Of a stretch of 64,000 bases of DNA, positions 42,280 to 52,652 are shown piece by piece. Position 1 is the stretch's first letter, and each line of letters begins with the position of its first letter. A program made the translations under genes and the position numbers. Below the pieces are notes generated by a model. It made no database searches, was not told the origin of the DNA, and saw nothing but the letters and a program-made list of their open reading frames with translations. The stretch is from an uncultured Gemmatimonadales bacterium. Its GTDB lineage: Bacteria > Gemmatimonadota > Gemmatimonadetes > Gemmatimonadales > Gemmatimonadaceae. The stretch is from assembly GCA_963793305.1 (NCBI GenBank), contig CAWBZV010000014.1, positions 96,001 through 160,000 of the forward strand, in the 5' to 3' direction.

Positions 42280-42906
42280 TCATCGACAGGGTACTTCCTT
42301 GGAACCGAAGGTAATCGCGCGAATTCGCGCATTCGGAAGTATGGGATCTTGCAATGCCTGGAGTTTGAGACCCTGGAACTTGTGCGCTTCCAACAGATCC
42401 CGCTGCGCGTAGTCGGCGGAACCAAAGAGAAACACCACGCCTCGAGCCGCACAAAACCCCACCTGCACCTGACCGTTCTCGACCCATACAATGCCACGAT
42501 TGCCGTACGTGGCGGTCAACTGACTCCATGTCGCGTCCGAGGGCAAGCCGCGAGGCAAGCGCCCAGCCGCACCACGTAAGATCCACAAGTGCAGAGGCCG
42601 TCCGCTATCGATCGCCGACGCCCGGCCAGCGGCGATGGCGGAGACCTGCAAGCCGTCGAAGGGAAAAACGACTCGAGGCTCCGCTTGCGGGTTCACGTCG
42701 TACGTTTTGACTAGCGTGGTATCAATGCGAGCCGCGGGGCAACGACGGAGCAGATCGACAAGCGGAGCCTGGATTCCAAGGGGACCGATTGAATCGCCGG
42801 TGATGCTGAGTTTTGCCGCCGGCGACACAGGGCAGGTGTCGGCGGCGCGCTCCGGTGCACTCGACTGCGCGCCGCCAGGTCCCGGCCCGATCATCAGCCA
42901 CAACAC
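42280..42906 (-). CDS. Hypothetical, possibly secreted protein (start uncertain)
   Basis: Long open frame filling the gap between the TA pair and the Mo enzyme; no family recognised. Confidence 0.45.
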   Translation of the reverse strand: MLWLMIGPGPGGAQSSAPERAADTCPVSPAAKLSITGDSIGPLGIQAPLVDLLRRCPAARIDTTLVKTYDVNPQAEPRVVFPFDGLQVSAIAAGRASAIDSGRPLHLWILRGAAGRLPRGLPSDATWSQLTATYGNRGIVWVENGQVQVGFCAARGVVFLFGSADYAQRDLLEAHKFQGLKLQALQDPILPNARIRAITFGSKEVPCR

Positions 42907-43030
42907 GCAGGTACGCAGCGCTGGCGAAACCCGGCTCGGTGTCCCCTTGCTTGAGAAGTGAGTACGCTGCGATTCGATGGTGGCGCGTGAGCGCAAGCGT
43001 TCGCTACGTGAACCCATCGCGATACCACGA

Positions 43031-43720
43031 TTACACCCCGCCGTACCATTCGTAACCCTGGTCGGACCAGTAGCCGCCGTTGCGCTGGGGTAGGAAGACG
43101 ATCTTCGTCAGGTACTTCGTGTTCTTGTAGCCCAGCTTGACGGGCGAGAACACGCGCGCCGGGCCTCCGTGGGGCGCTCCCAGCCAGTGGCCGTCCATTC
43201 CGTAAGCGACGAGCGTCTGCGGGTGCATCGCCGAGGGCAGATCCCAGGACTCGTGGTAGCCGTCGTCGAACGACTGGAAGTCGACGTACTGGGCGGTCGG
43301 GAGGGGCTGAACGAGGGCGGCCAATGCGCTGAGCCGGACGCCCGTCCAAGAAGCCACTGCCGTCCAGCCCTCGACGCAGTAGTGGTTCACCCGCTGCGTC
43401 ACGGATGGGAGGGCCGCCAGCTGGCTCAGACTCAGCGTGAGCGGCTTGGCCACCATCCCCGAGATCTCCAGCGTCCACGGGCCGCGCTTCGCGGCGTCCC
43501 ACATCGGTACGGTGTTGGCAATGAAATACGAAGGGTACGCAGCCAAGGGGGTCACGAAGCGGCCGCGGGCCACGTCCATGGACCGGTGGCGGAATAGGCC
43601 GCGCTCGACCTTCTCGTTCGCATGCTCGGCGAAAGAGAGCGTGCGGTCGCAGGCGGCGAGCACGGTCAGTGCGGTCGTGCTCAGGAAGTCGCGCCTACGC
43701 ATCGGCAGGGCTGTCCTCAC
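43031..43720 (-). CDS. Molybdopterin-dependent oxidoreductase, sulfite oxidase/MsrP-like
   Basis: RRRDFL Tat motif, HYCVEGW (Mo-ligating Cys), HGGPAR, KLGYKNTK, GYWSDQGY. Confidence 0.85.
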   Translation of the reverse strand: MRTALPMRRRDFLSTTALTVLAACDRTLSFAEHANEKVERGLFRHRSMDVARGRFVTPLAAYPSYFIANTVPMWDAAKRGPWTLEISGMVAKPLTLSLSQLAALPSVTQRVNHYCVEGWTAVASWTGVRLSALAALVQPLPTAQYVDFQSFDDGYHESWDLPSAMHPQTLVAYGMDGHWLGAPHGGPARVFSPVKLGYKNTKYLTKIVFLPQRNGGYWSDQGYEWYGGV

Positions 43721-44420
43721 GCGCGCAGGGCGCCAGGTGGTAGAGCGGGCGGGCGTTGCGCGCCTCTGGGGAGCAGCGCTCGTCGTAGCGCCCGGTGATC
43801 ATCGAGGGGATCGAATACGGATCAACCGCGAAGACCATGAAGACGTGCCCAACGACCAGGATCACTAACAGGCTCATGGCCACGAAGTGCCAGTACCGCG
43901 CCCACACGTAACCCCCGAACACGCTCGTCAGCCACCCCAGCTCCACCGGCTTCCAGATCGCCAACCCGGTGAGCACGAGCAGGACCCCGACCAAGGGCAA
44001 GGTGAAGTAGGCGAGCTTCTGGAGCGCGTTGTGCTTCCCCTGATGGGGATGGTGCTTGGTGATGAAGAGATAGAACCGGACCATGGCGATCGAATCCCGG
44101 AGATCGCCCTTCCGGGGCACCAAGTCCCGCCACTCGCCGTGGAGGTAGAGGAACCCCAGGTAGACCAGGCCGTCGAGGACTAAGAGCCACATCATGGCGA
44201 AGTGCCAGTGACGGGCGCCGCCGAGCCAGCCGCCGAAGGTGAGCCAGTTGGGGATCGGCTTGCCGGCGAAGGGATAGCAGCAGAAGCTCTGGCCGCGGCG
44301 GGCGAAGGCGGGGTAGGCGTTGAAGATGCGCAGGCCGGAGCCGACCATGATGGTGATGGCGACGACGGCAACCCAGTGCGTGACCCGCACGACCCAGTGG
44401 TGGCGGAGTACGGTTGTCAT
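43695..44420 (-). CDS. Cytochrome b (Ni/Fe-hydrogenase b-type family), likely partner of the Mo enzyme
   Basis: RVTHW, WHFAMMW, KHNALQKLAY, WHF...GH. Confidence 0.85.
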   Translation of the reverse strand: MTTVLRHHWVVRVTHWVAVVAITIMVGSGLRIFNAYPAFARRGQSFCCYPFAGKPIPNWLTFGGWLGGARHWHFAMMWLLVLDGLVYLGFLYLHGEWRDLVPRKGDLRDSIAMVRFYLFITKHHPHQGKHNALQKLAYFTLPLVGVLLVLTGLAIWKPVELGWLTSVFGGYVWARYWHFVAMSLLVILVVGHVFMVFAVDPYSIPSMITGRYDERCSPEARNARPLYHLAPCAREDSPADA

Positions 44421-44438
44421 AGGCTAAGTTCCAAGATA

Positions 44439-44732
44439 ATGCCGACTTACGCGTATCGCTGCCCGAACGGTCACGAGTTCGATCATTTCTTCCGCAAGAT
44501 GAGTGACGCGGTGCAAACGTTGCCGTGTCCCACCGATGGCCTGCCTGCAGTGCGCCAAGTGTCAGGTGGTGCCGGCCTACACTTCAAGGGTTCCGGATTT
44601 TACGCCACTGACTACAAGCGCCCCAGTAGCAATGGCGGTGAAGGCTCGGACAGCAAGCCCGCGGACAAGTCAGCCGACAAGCCAGCCTCTCCCGCGTCAT
44701 CGTCCGGAGACGGGTCCAAAAAGAGCGAATGA
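44439..44732 (+). CDS. FmdB-family zinc-ribbon protein
   Basis: MPTYAYRCPNGH, CP, FKGSGFYATDY, low-complexity tail. Confidence 0.88.
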   Translation: MPTYAYRCPNGHEFDHFFRKMSDAVQTLPCPTDGLPAVRQVSGGAGLHFKGSGFYATDYKRPSSNGGEGSDSKPADKSADKPASPASSSGDGSKKSE

Positions 44733-46358
44733 ACGACGTTGAACTGCTGCGTGACGCGCTCGCTCACGCGGCGCGCTCACTCGGCGCGCCCAGCGACGTC
44801 GCACCCATCGTCGAGCGCCCGCGCGATCCGTCGTTCGGCGACTGGACAACGAATCTCGCCCTCACGCTCGCCAAGCCGCTGGGCAAGAAGCCACGCGACA
44901 TTGCTACGGCGCTCATCGCCGCGCTGGATCTCTCCGCGCTGCATGTGGCCGCGGCCGAGATCGCGGGGGCCGGGTTCATCAACTTTCGCATGCAACAGGC
45001 CGCGCTCGCGCGAGGCCTGGCGGCGATTATCGCCAAGGGCGACGGTTACGGGAAATCCGACGTTGGACACGGACAGCGCGTGATGGTCGAATTCGTCTCG
45101 GCGAATCCAACCGGCCCCTTACACGTCGGTCACGGGCGCCAAGCCGCCCTCGGCGACGCGATCTCCCGGCTCCTGGAGTGGACGGGATGGGACGTCTCCC
45201 GCGAGTTCTACTACAATGACGCCGGCGCCCAGATCGACAATTTGACATCGAGTGTCCAAGCTCGGGTCCGTGGCGAGTCGGTTCACGAGAAAGGGTATCA
45301 CGGGGAGTACATCAAGGAGATTGCGGCCGCGTACGTCGCCGCGCATCCCAATGATCCAGATGCCCGCGACTCCAACACGGTTCGCCAATTTGCCGTCCGC
45401 GTGCTCCGTGGAGAACAAGACAGAGATCTGCAAGCGTTCGGGGTCTACTTCGACACGTACTATCTAGAATCGTCGCTATATAGTGACGGCTCGGTCGACC
45501 GCACGCTGGATACGTTGCGACAGTCCGGATACGTGTACGAAGAAGGGGGCGCGGTCAAACTCCGCACGACCGCGTTCGGCGATGCCAATGATCGCGTGGT
45601 CGTGAAAAGCAATGGCACGTTCACGTACGTCGTCCCCGACATCGCGTATCACGTCGGCAAATGGCAACGCGGATTCGGCCGTGTGATCAACATCCATGGC
45701 TCCGACCACGTCGGCTACTTCGCGAGAGTGCGCGCTGGACTCCAGATGATGGGCGCGGGCATTCCGAAAGGCTGGCCGGATTATGTGATTCACGACCTGG
45801 TCAAAGTCGCGCGCGGTGGCGAGGAAGTCCGCATGTCGAAGCGCGCCGGCGACTACGTCACGCTGCAAGATCTCCTGGAGTGGGTCGGGCGCGATGCCGT
45901 GCGCTACTTCTTCCTCATGCGACGCTACGTGTCCGACCTGACGTTCGAACGTCGATCTCGCGCAGCGACAGTCGGACGAGAATCCCGTCTATTACGTGCA
46001 GATGGCCCACGCACGCATGTGCGGCATCTTTCGCGTCGGTGGCATCAATAAAGACGAGTTGCAGATTGAGACCGAGGCGTTGGATGCGCTCAGCGCACCG
46101 GAGGAGCTCGAGCTCATCAAAGCGCTGCTCGACTTTCCCGACATCGTGGAGAGCGCGGCCCAGGGGCTCGAACCGCAGCGGATCACGGCCTACGTGCACG
46201 AGATGGCGCAACTGGCGCACCACTGGTATCACAAGTATCACGTGCTCGGAGAGCCCGAGCCCGTACAAAGCGCGCGACTGGCACTCGCGCGCGCCACTCA
46301 ACTCGTTCTCAGGAACGCGATGACCCTGTTAGGCATTCACGCGCCGGAGCGCATGTGA
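44729..46358 (+). CDS. argS: Arginine-tRNA ligase; +1 insertion at about 45948
   Basis: SANPTGPLHVGH, RMSKR; corrected FDVDLA..SDENPVYYVQMAHAR; C-terminal APERM. Confidence 0.93.
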
Positions 46359-47273
46359 CGGTACTCGTCGTTGGCTCGGTGGCGCTCGATTCGGTCGAGA
46401 CGCCATTTGGGAGCGCCGAGAACGTCCTCGGCGGCTCGGCAACATTTTTCGCCTCCGCGGCATCGCTGCTCACAACGGTGCAGGTGGTCGGCGTCGTCGG
46501 GTCCGATTACCCCGTCGACAAGCTCGCGCCGCTCGTCGCGCGGGGCGTCGATTTCGCCGGCCTCGAACGGGCCGAGGGCGAGTCGTTCCGTTGGCGCGGC
46601 CGCTATCGGCACGACCTGAATACCGCCGAGACGCTGGAAACCCGGCTTGGCGTATTCTCGCACTTCCGGCCGAAGATTCCGGAGCAGTTCCGGAAGGCGC
46701 CGTTCGTCTTTCTCGGCAACATCGACCCGCGATTGCAAATCGATGTCCTGAGCCAGGTCGACGCGCCGAAGCTCGTGGCGTGCGATACGATGAATTTCTG
46801 GATCGAGAGCCGCCGCGCGGACCTCGTGACGCTGCTCGGCAAGGTGCATCTGATCACGCTGAATGACGCCGAGGCGCGGCAGCTCACGGAAAGGGCCAAC
46901 CTGGTCCACGCCGCCCGCTGGATTCTCGACCACGGTCCGCGCTACGTCATTATCAAGAAGGGCGAGCACGGGGCGTTCATGTTCACCCGCGAATCCGTCT
47001 TCTATGCACCGGCGTATCCGCTGGAGAAGATCTTTGATCCGACCGGCGCAGGGGACTCGTTTGCCGGCGGGTTCGTCGGGTATCTGGCGAAGACGGGGAA
47101 CTTGAGCGACGCCAATATGCGGCGCGCCGTCGTCTACGGCGCCGCAATGGGATCGTTTGCCGTTGAAAAGTTCTCGAACGAGCGCCTGCTGGAATTGACC
47201 CGGGCGGATGTCGATGCCAGAGTGGCGCAGTTCAAGCAACTCGTCGCATTCGATACCGAGAATGCCTGCGTGA
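46355..47273 (+). CDS. PfkB-family sugar/nucleoside kinase (corrected stop TGA 47271-47273)
   Basis: GSVALD, LGGSA, DTMNFWI, DPTGAGDSFAGG. Confidence 0.88.
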
Positions 47274-48286
47274 TCGACTACAAAGCCGCCGGAGTAGATC
47301 TCGAAGCCGCTGACGATGCGAAGCGGCGGCTCAAGCGGCTCGTCGAGTCGACCTTCACGGCCGGTGTACGCGGGGCGTTCGGCGGGTTCGGCGGCATGTT
47401 TCGCGTGCCGAGTGGAGAGAAACCGCGGCTGCTCGTGGCGAGCGCCGACGGCGTGGGCACGAAAGTCAAAGTCGCCATCGAGGCCGGCCGCCACGACACG
47501 ATCGGGCAGGATCTCGTCAATCACTGCGTGAACGACATCCTGGTCCAGGGCGCGACGCCGCTCTTCTTCCTCGACTATGTCGCGTTTGGCCGGTTGGACC
47601 CCAATGTGGTCGAAGCCATCGTCGCGGGAGTGGCCACTGGGTGCAGAGAGAATAAGTGTGCGCTCATCGGCGGCGAGACGGCCGAGATGCCTGGCGTGTA
47701 TACGCCTCCTGATTACGACTTGGCGGGGTTCATCGTCGGTATCGTGGACGAAGACCGAGTCTTGGGCGCCGATCGCGTGCGGGCGGGCGACGTCGTGCTC
47801 GGTTTGGCGAGCAGCGGGCTGCACACCAACGGCTATTCGCTGGCGCGACGGGTAGTGAGTGATCGGCTCCATCTTGCGGTGACTGACCGGTTCCCGGGCA
47901 GCGACTGCTCGGTCGCCGATGTGCTGCTTGCGGTGCACCGGTCATACCTGGCCGCGCTCAGTCCGGTGCTCGATCGCGTGCACGCGTTGGCGCACGTGAC
48001 CGGCGGCGGGTTGCCGGGCAACGTCGACCGCGTGCTGCCGCGTTCGCTCGATGCGCGGATAGTGAGAGGTCGCTGGCCCGTGCCGCGTGTATTCGGTGTA
48101 CTCGCCGAAGCAGGTGGGATCGGCGAGGAAGAGAGGTACCGCGTCTGGAACATGGGCGTGGGGATGGTCGTCATAGCGGACTCGTCATCGGTCGAGACCA
48201 TCGCGGACGCATCGCGCCGCGTGGGGATCGACTCGTGGCTCCTGGGCGAAATCGTGCCGGGAGAAGGACGGGTAAACATCGTGTAA
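47270..48286 (+). CDS. purM: AIR synthetase PurM
   Basis: YKAAGVD, DGVGTK, GGETAEMP, SSGLHTNG, HVTGGG, NMGVG. Confidence 0.93.
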   Translation: MIDYKAAGVDLEAADDAKRRLKRLVESTFTAGVRGAFGGFGGMFRVPSGEKPRLLVASADGVGTKVKVAIEAGRHDTIGQDLVNHCVNDILVQGATPLFFLDYVAFGRLDPNVVEAIVAGVATGCRENKCALIGGETAEMPGVYTPPDYDLAGFIVGIVDEDRVLGADRVRAGDVVLGLASSGLHTNGYSLARRVVSDRLHLAVTDRFPGSDCSVADVLLAVHRSYLAALSPVLDRVHALAHVTGGGLPGNVDRVLPRSLDARIVRGRWPVPRVFGVLAEAGGIGEEERYRVWNMGVGMVVIADSSSVETIADASRRVGIDSWLLGEIVPGEGRVNIV

Positions 48287-48303
48287 TCACGGAGACACGT
48301 ACC

Positions 48304-49311
48304 ATGCGTGGCGTTGTTCGTTCGTTCGCGGTCGTGGCGCTCGCGATTGGCGTGCCCAGCGCGGCCCTGCAGGCGCAGTCCGCCCAGTGTGCCAACACCT
48401 CGGTGCAGCTGCAGGACGGTTGCCAGAAAACCATCGACCTCTTCGACTTCCTCGCGCCGCAGCTGGCGACCGCCGTCGCCGGCGGCAATGCCATCCTCGG
48501 CCAAGGCGGATCGCTCGGCGGCCTCGGACACTTCACGATTGGCATCCAGGCCAACGTCGTGAAGGGCGACATTCCCAAATTCAATCAGTTCCAGGTCTCG
48601 ACGACCGGGTCTCAGGCGACCGACTTCAACGCGTCGAACTTCCCAGTGCCAATGCCGTCCGCGGTTCTCGGTATCGGACTCTTCGGCGGCATCCCGCTGG
48701 GGATCACGAGGATCGGCGGCGTCGATGCGATCGTGACCGGGATCTACATCCCGAAGGTCTCGAGCAACAATATCTCGCTGCAGCCGAAGAACTCGTTCCA
48801 GATCGGATACGGCGCGCGCCTCGGTATCGTGCAGGAGACGCCATTCACGCCCGCCGTCTCGGTCTCGTGGATGGAGCGCGATCTGCCGACGACCACGATC
48901 TCCGGCAACGACAACAACGGCGACACGCTGACGGTGCACAACCTGTCGATCAAGACGAGCGCATGGCGCCTCGTGGCCAGCAAGAACATCTTCATCCTCG
49001 GCCTGGCGGCCGGCGTCGGCGAGGACCACTACAGCATGTCGACGCAGGTCAACGTCGGGCTGAACCAAGGGGCCTATACGGCCTGCCAGGTGCCAGGGGC
49101 CGTGTGCTCCGGCACCGTCGCCAGCCCGAGCTTGAGCATTACCCGGGCGAACTACTTCGGCGATCTTTCGCTCAACTTCGCGATTTTCCGGACGGTCTTC
49201 GAGGTCGGCCAGGTGGCCGGGAAGGACATCCCGACGTTCAATACGTTCAGCGGCAACGTCGCCGGGTACGCCCGCCTCTATGGTTCGGTGGGGTTTTTGT
49301 TCAAGATTTAG
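48304..49311 (+). CDS. Hypothetical secreted or outer-membrane beta-barrel-like protein
   Basis: GGAG SD, signal peptide, amphipathic strands, aromatic C-terminus GFLFKI. Confidence 0.65.
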   Translation: MRGVVRSFAVVALAIGVPSAALQAQSAQCANTSVQLQDGCQKTIDLFDFLAPQLATAVAGGNAILGQGGSLGGLGHFTIGIQANVVKGDIPKFNQFQVSTTGSQATDFNASNFPVPMPSAVLGIGLFGGIPLGITRIGGVDAIVTGIYIPKVSSNNISLQPKNSFQIGYGARLGIVQETPFTPAVSVSWMERDLPTTTISGNDNNGDTLTVHNLSIKTSAWRLVASKNIFILGLAAGVGEDHYSMSTQVNVGLNQGAYTACQVPGAVCSGTVASPSLSITRANYFGDLSLNFAIFRTVFEVGQVAGKDIPTFNTFSGNVAGYARLYGSVGFLFKI

Positions 49312-49314
49312 GGC

Positions 49315-50379
49315 ATGGATCATGAGCTAATGGCGAGGGCGCTCGCGCTCGCCGAGCTGGGATGGGGACAGACGGCGCCGAACCCGATGGTCGGCGCCGT
49401 TCTCGTCCGCGATGGAGAGATCGTCGGCGAAGGGTATCACGCGCGGTATGGCGGGGATCACGCCGAGATCGTAGCCCTGCGCATGGCCGGCGAGCGGGCG
49501 CTCGGCGCCACGATGTACGTGACCCTCGAGCCCTGTGCGCACCACGGGAAGACACCCCCATGCGCTGACGCCATTCTCACCGCGGGCGTCGCACGGGTCG
49601 TGGCCGCGACGACTGACCCGAATCCGGTCGCGGCCGGCGGCGCCGCACGGCTCCTGGCAGCGGGCGTCGAGTTCGGGGTCGGCGTTGGAGAGAAGGCAGC
49701 GCGGGAGCTCAATGCGCCCTTTTTTCACGCCGTGAAGTCGAAGCGGCCCTGGGTGACGCTCAAGCTCGGGATGTCGCTCGACGGCGCGATTGCCGATAGT
49801 AATGGACAAAGCAAGTGGATCACCAACGCCGCGTCTCGCCGGGAAACCCATCGCCTTCGCGCCGGCAGCGACGCTATCGCGGTCGGCATCGGAACGGTTC
49901 TGGCTGATGACCCGGCACTGACTGTCCGAGACGCTCCCGCGCCGCCTCGCATCTCTCCAATTCGTATAGTGTTCGACAGGTCGGCGCGGCTACCGCTCGA
50001 CAGCCAGCTCGTACGGACGGCCCGCGAGGTACCCGTCGTGGTGGTCGCGGACCGGCCGGCCCCCAAGTTGGAAGAACACGGGGTCGAGGTCATCGTGGCG
50101 CACACGACGCTCGAAGCCCTCGAAGCGTTGAAAAAACGGGGCGTGCGGGCGCTAATGGTCGAAGGAGGCGCCCGGCTCGCGGGCGAGCTACTCGCCGAGA
50201 AGCTGGTCGACCGACTCGTTATCTTTCAGTCGCCCCGCATCCTCGGCGCCGGGGCCACCGGAGCCTTTGCGTTCGCGTCGCGGGAGACCGCGGCCGATGC
50301 ACCGAAGCTTCCCGTCATTGCGCGCCGGGCTATAGATGACGACCTAATGACCGTGTATCAATGTTCACGGGACTCATAG
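49315..50379 (+). CDS. ribD: RibD deaminase/reductase
   Basis: PNPMVG, HAE, TLEPCAHHGKTPPC, VEGG. Confidence 0.94.
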   Translation: MDHELMARALALAELGWGQTAPNPMVGAVLVRDGEIVGEGYHARYGGDHAEIVALRMAGERALGATMYVTLEPCAHHGKTPPCADAILTAGVARVVAATTDPNPVAAGGAARLLAAGVEFGVGVGEKAARELNAPFFHAVKSKRPWVTLKLGMSLDGAIADSNGQSKWITNAASRRETHRLRAGSDAIAVGIGTVLADDPALTVRDAPAPPRISPIRIVFDRSARLPLDSQLVRTAREVPVVVVADRPAPKLEEHGVEVIVAHTTLEALEALKKRGVRALMVEGGARLAGELLAEKLVDRLVIFQSPRILGAGATGAFAFASRETAADAPKLPVIARRAIDDDLMTVYQCSRDS

Positions 50380-50963
50380 ACGACGTAGGGACTATCGAGC
50401 GCGTGCTCGATACTCCCGCTGGACGCGAGTTGACCATCGCGTGCCGGTACGAAGACCTTGCGCCCGGCGAGAGCATCGCCATCAACGGCGCCTGTCTCAC
50501 GGTGCGCGAGTGCGCCCCGCGCCGTTTCACCGTCGCCGCGATCGTGACGACGCTGGATCGGACCACGGTTGCGAATTGGACGGCCGGCACGCGAGTCAAC
50601 CTCGAACGCTCGTTGCGCTCGAGCGACCGGCTCGGCGGCCATATCGTGCAGGGGCACGTCGATGGCGTCGGGCGTGTCCGCGGGACCGTGCGGCGCGAGG
50701 ATGCTTGGCTCATCGACATCGAAGTCCCCGAGGACATCGGAGAGCTTCTGGTGCCCCATGGGGCCATTGCCATCGAGGGTGTCAGTCTGACGGTGAACGA
50801 GATTCTCGGGCGCGATGTGCTGCAGGTCAGCATCATCGAGTACACATTGCGCCATACCACGCTCGGGTCCCTGAAAGCCGGTGACCGAGTGCAACTCGAG
50901 GCCAATGTGATCGGCAAATACGTGCGTCGGCTGGTCGCCCCCTACACCGGGAGCCTATCGTGA
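50361..50963 (+). CDS. ribE: Riboflavin synthase
   Basis: [28 protein letters not shown]. Confidence 0.94.
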   Translation: MFTGLIDDVGTIERVLDTPAGRELTIACRYEDLAPGESIAINGACLTVRECAPRRFTVAAIVTTLDRTTVANWTAGTRVNLERSLRSSDRLGGHIVQGHVDGVGRVRGTVRREDAWLIDIEVPEDIGELLVPHGAIAIEGVSLTVNEILGRDVLQVSIIEYTLRHTTLGSLKAGDRVQLEANVIGKYVRRLVAPYTGSLS

Positions 50964-52165
50964 GCTTCGCACCGATCGAGCAAGCGATCGCGGATATTCG
51001 CGCCGGCAAGTTCGTGCTGGTCGCCGATGACGAGGATCGCGAGAACGAGGGTGATCTCATCTGCGCGGCCGAGAAGATCACGCCGGAGATGGTCAATTTC
51101 TTACTGCTCAACGCCCGCGGTCTGATTTGCTTGGCGCTGACGCCGGAGCGCGTCGAGCATCTGCGTCTTTCTCCACAAACCGAAGTGAACACCGAGGCCA
51201 TGCGCACGGCGTTCACGACGACGATTGACGCCGCCGCGCGCTATGGCGTGACCACCGGCGTCAGCGCGAGTGATCGCGCCACGACCATTCGGGTCGCGGT
51301 GGATCCGCGGAGTGTGCCTGGTGATCTGGTTCGTCCCGGGCATATCAATCCGCTCCGCGCGAGGGCTGGTGGTGTGCTGCAGCGTGTGGGACATACGGAG
51401 GCCGCGGTAGACCTCGCCCGACTCGCCGGACTCTATCCCGCCGGGGTGATTTGCGAAGTCATGAACGTCGATGGGACGATGGCCAAGCGACAGAACCTGG
51501 AACAATTCGCGGCGACGCACGGCATCACGTTCGTCACCGTCGCGCAATTGGTGTCGTATCGGTTGCGCACCGAGCGGCTCGTGCATCGGGTTGCCGAGGC
51601 GCGGTTGCCGCTGGAGCACGGAGCGTGGCGGATTATTGGATATCGAAACGACGTCGACCCGCATGAGCATGTCGCCCTGATATTCGGCGATGTCGCCGGC
51701 GGGGAAGATGTGCTGGTCCGGATGCACTCGAAGTGTCTCACCGGCGACGTCTTTCACTCGCAGCGCTGCGACTGCGGTTGGCAGTTGGATCGCGCGATGG
51801 AGATGATCGCTCAGGCGGGACGCGGGGTGCTTGTGTATTTGGATCAGGAAGGCCGAGGGATAGGACTACTGAATAAGCTCAAGGCGTATGCGCTACAAGA
51901 CGAGGGCGCGGATACCGTTGAGGCCAACGAGCAGCTCGGCTTCAAGCCTGATTTGAGAGACTATGGCATTGGCGCCCAGATTCTCTTGGATCTGGGGCTC
52001 AAATCGATCCGCGTATTGACCAACAATCCGCGCAAAATGGTCGGACTCGAGGGATATGGCCTGCGTATCGTGGATGGCGTCAGGATCGAGGCGCCCGCGA
52101 CGCAGGAGAACGCTTCGTATCTCCAGACGAAGCGATCGAAGCTCGGCCACCTGCTCGCCTCGTAG
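50960..52165 (+). CDS. ribBA: Bifunctional DHBP synthase / GTP cyclohydrolase II
   Basis: [39 protein letters not shown]. Confidence 0.95.
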   Translation: MSFAPIEQAIADIRAGKFVLVADDEDRENEGDLICAAEKITPEMVNFLLLNARGLICLALTPERVEHLRLSPQTEVNTEAMRTAFTTTIDAAARYGVTTGVSASDRATTIRVAVDPRSVPGDLVRPGHINPLRARAGGVLQRVGHTEAAVDLARLAGLYPAGVICEVMNVDGTMAKRQNLEQFAATHGITFVTVAQLVSYRLRTERLVHRVAEARLPLEHGAWRIIGYRNDVDPHEHVALIFGDVAGGEDVLVRMHSKCLTGDVFHSQRCDCGWQLDRAMEMIAQAGRGVLVYLDQEGRGIGLLNKLKAYALQDEGADTVEANEQLGFKPDLRDYGIGAQILLDLGLKSIRVLTNNPRKMVGLEGYGLRIVDGVRIEAPATQENASYLQTKRSKLGHLLAS

Positions 52166-52166
52166 C

Positions 52167-52652
52167 GTGGCCGAGTTCGCGGGGGAGATAGCGGCCCAGG
52201 GGCGGCGCTTTGCCGTCGTGGCCAGCCGGTTCAACGAACAGATCACGCAGAAGCTGGCCGAAGGCGCGGTAACGGCGTTGCTCGACGCCGGCGCGGCGTA
52301 CGACGATGTCGATCTCGTGTGGGTGCCCGGGGCGTGGGAGCTGCCCGCCGCGGCGCGCGCGCTGTTGGCATCCGACCGGTATGACGCCATTGTCGCCGTC
52401 GGCGCGGTCGTTCGCGGCGACACGCCGCATTTCGATTTCGTGGCCGGCGAGGCATCGCGGGGGCTCGCCGATGCGAGCGCCGAGTTTCACACCCCGGTGG
52501 GGTTCGGGTTGCTGACGTGCGATACGATGGAGCAGGCCGAAGCGCGCGCTGGCGGGTTGCACGGCAACAAGGGCGCCGATGCGGCGCGGGCGGCCATCGA
52601 GATGGCCGACTTGTTCGCGCGTCTCGCGGTCGACGACGAGGAGACCCGCTGA
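52167..52652 (+). CDS. ribH: Lumazine synthase
   Basis: SRFN, VPGAWE, RGDTPHFDFV, GNKG. Confidence 0.94.
   Translation: MAEFAGEIAAQGRRFAVVASRFNEQITQKLAEGAVTALLDAGAAYDDVDLVWVPGAWELPAAARALLASDRYDAIVAVGAVVRGDTPHFDFVAGEASRGLADASAEFHTPVGFGLLTCDTMEQAEARAGGLHGNKGADAARAAIEMADLFARLAVDDEETR

Noticed and set aside
46355..48286. 643-aa PfkB-PurM fusion
   Set aside because: The junction contains GAATG (47260); removing one A gives ...EMPA-stop with the usual GTGA overlap onto purM.
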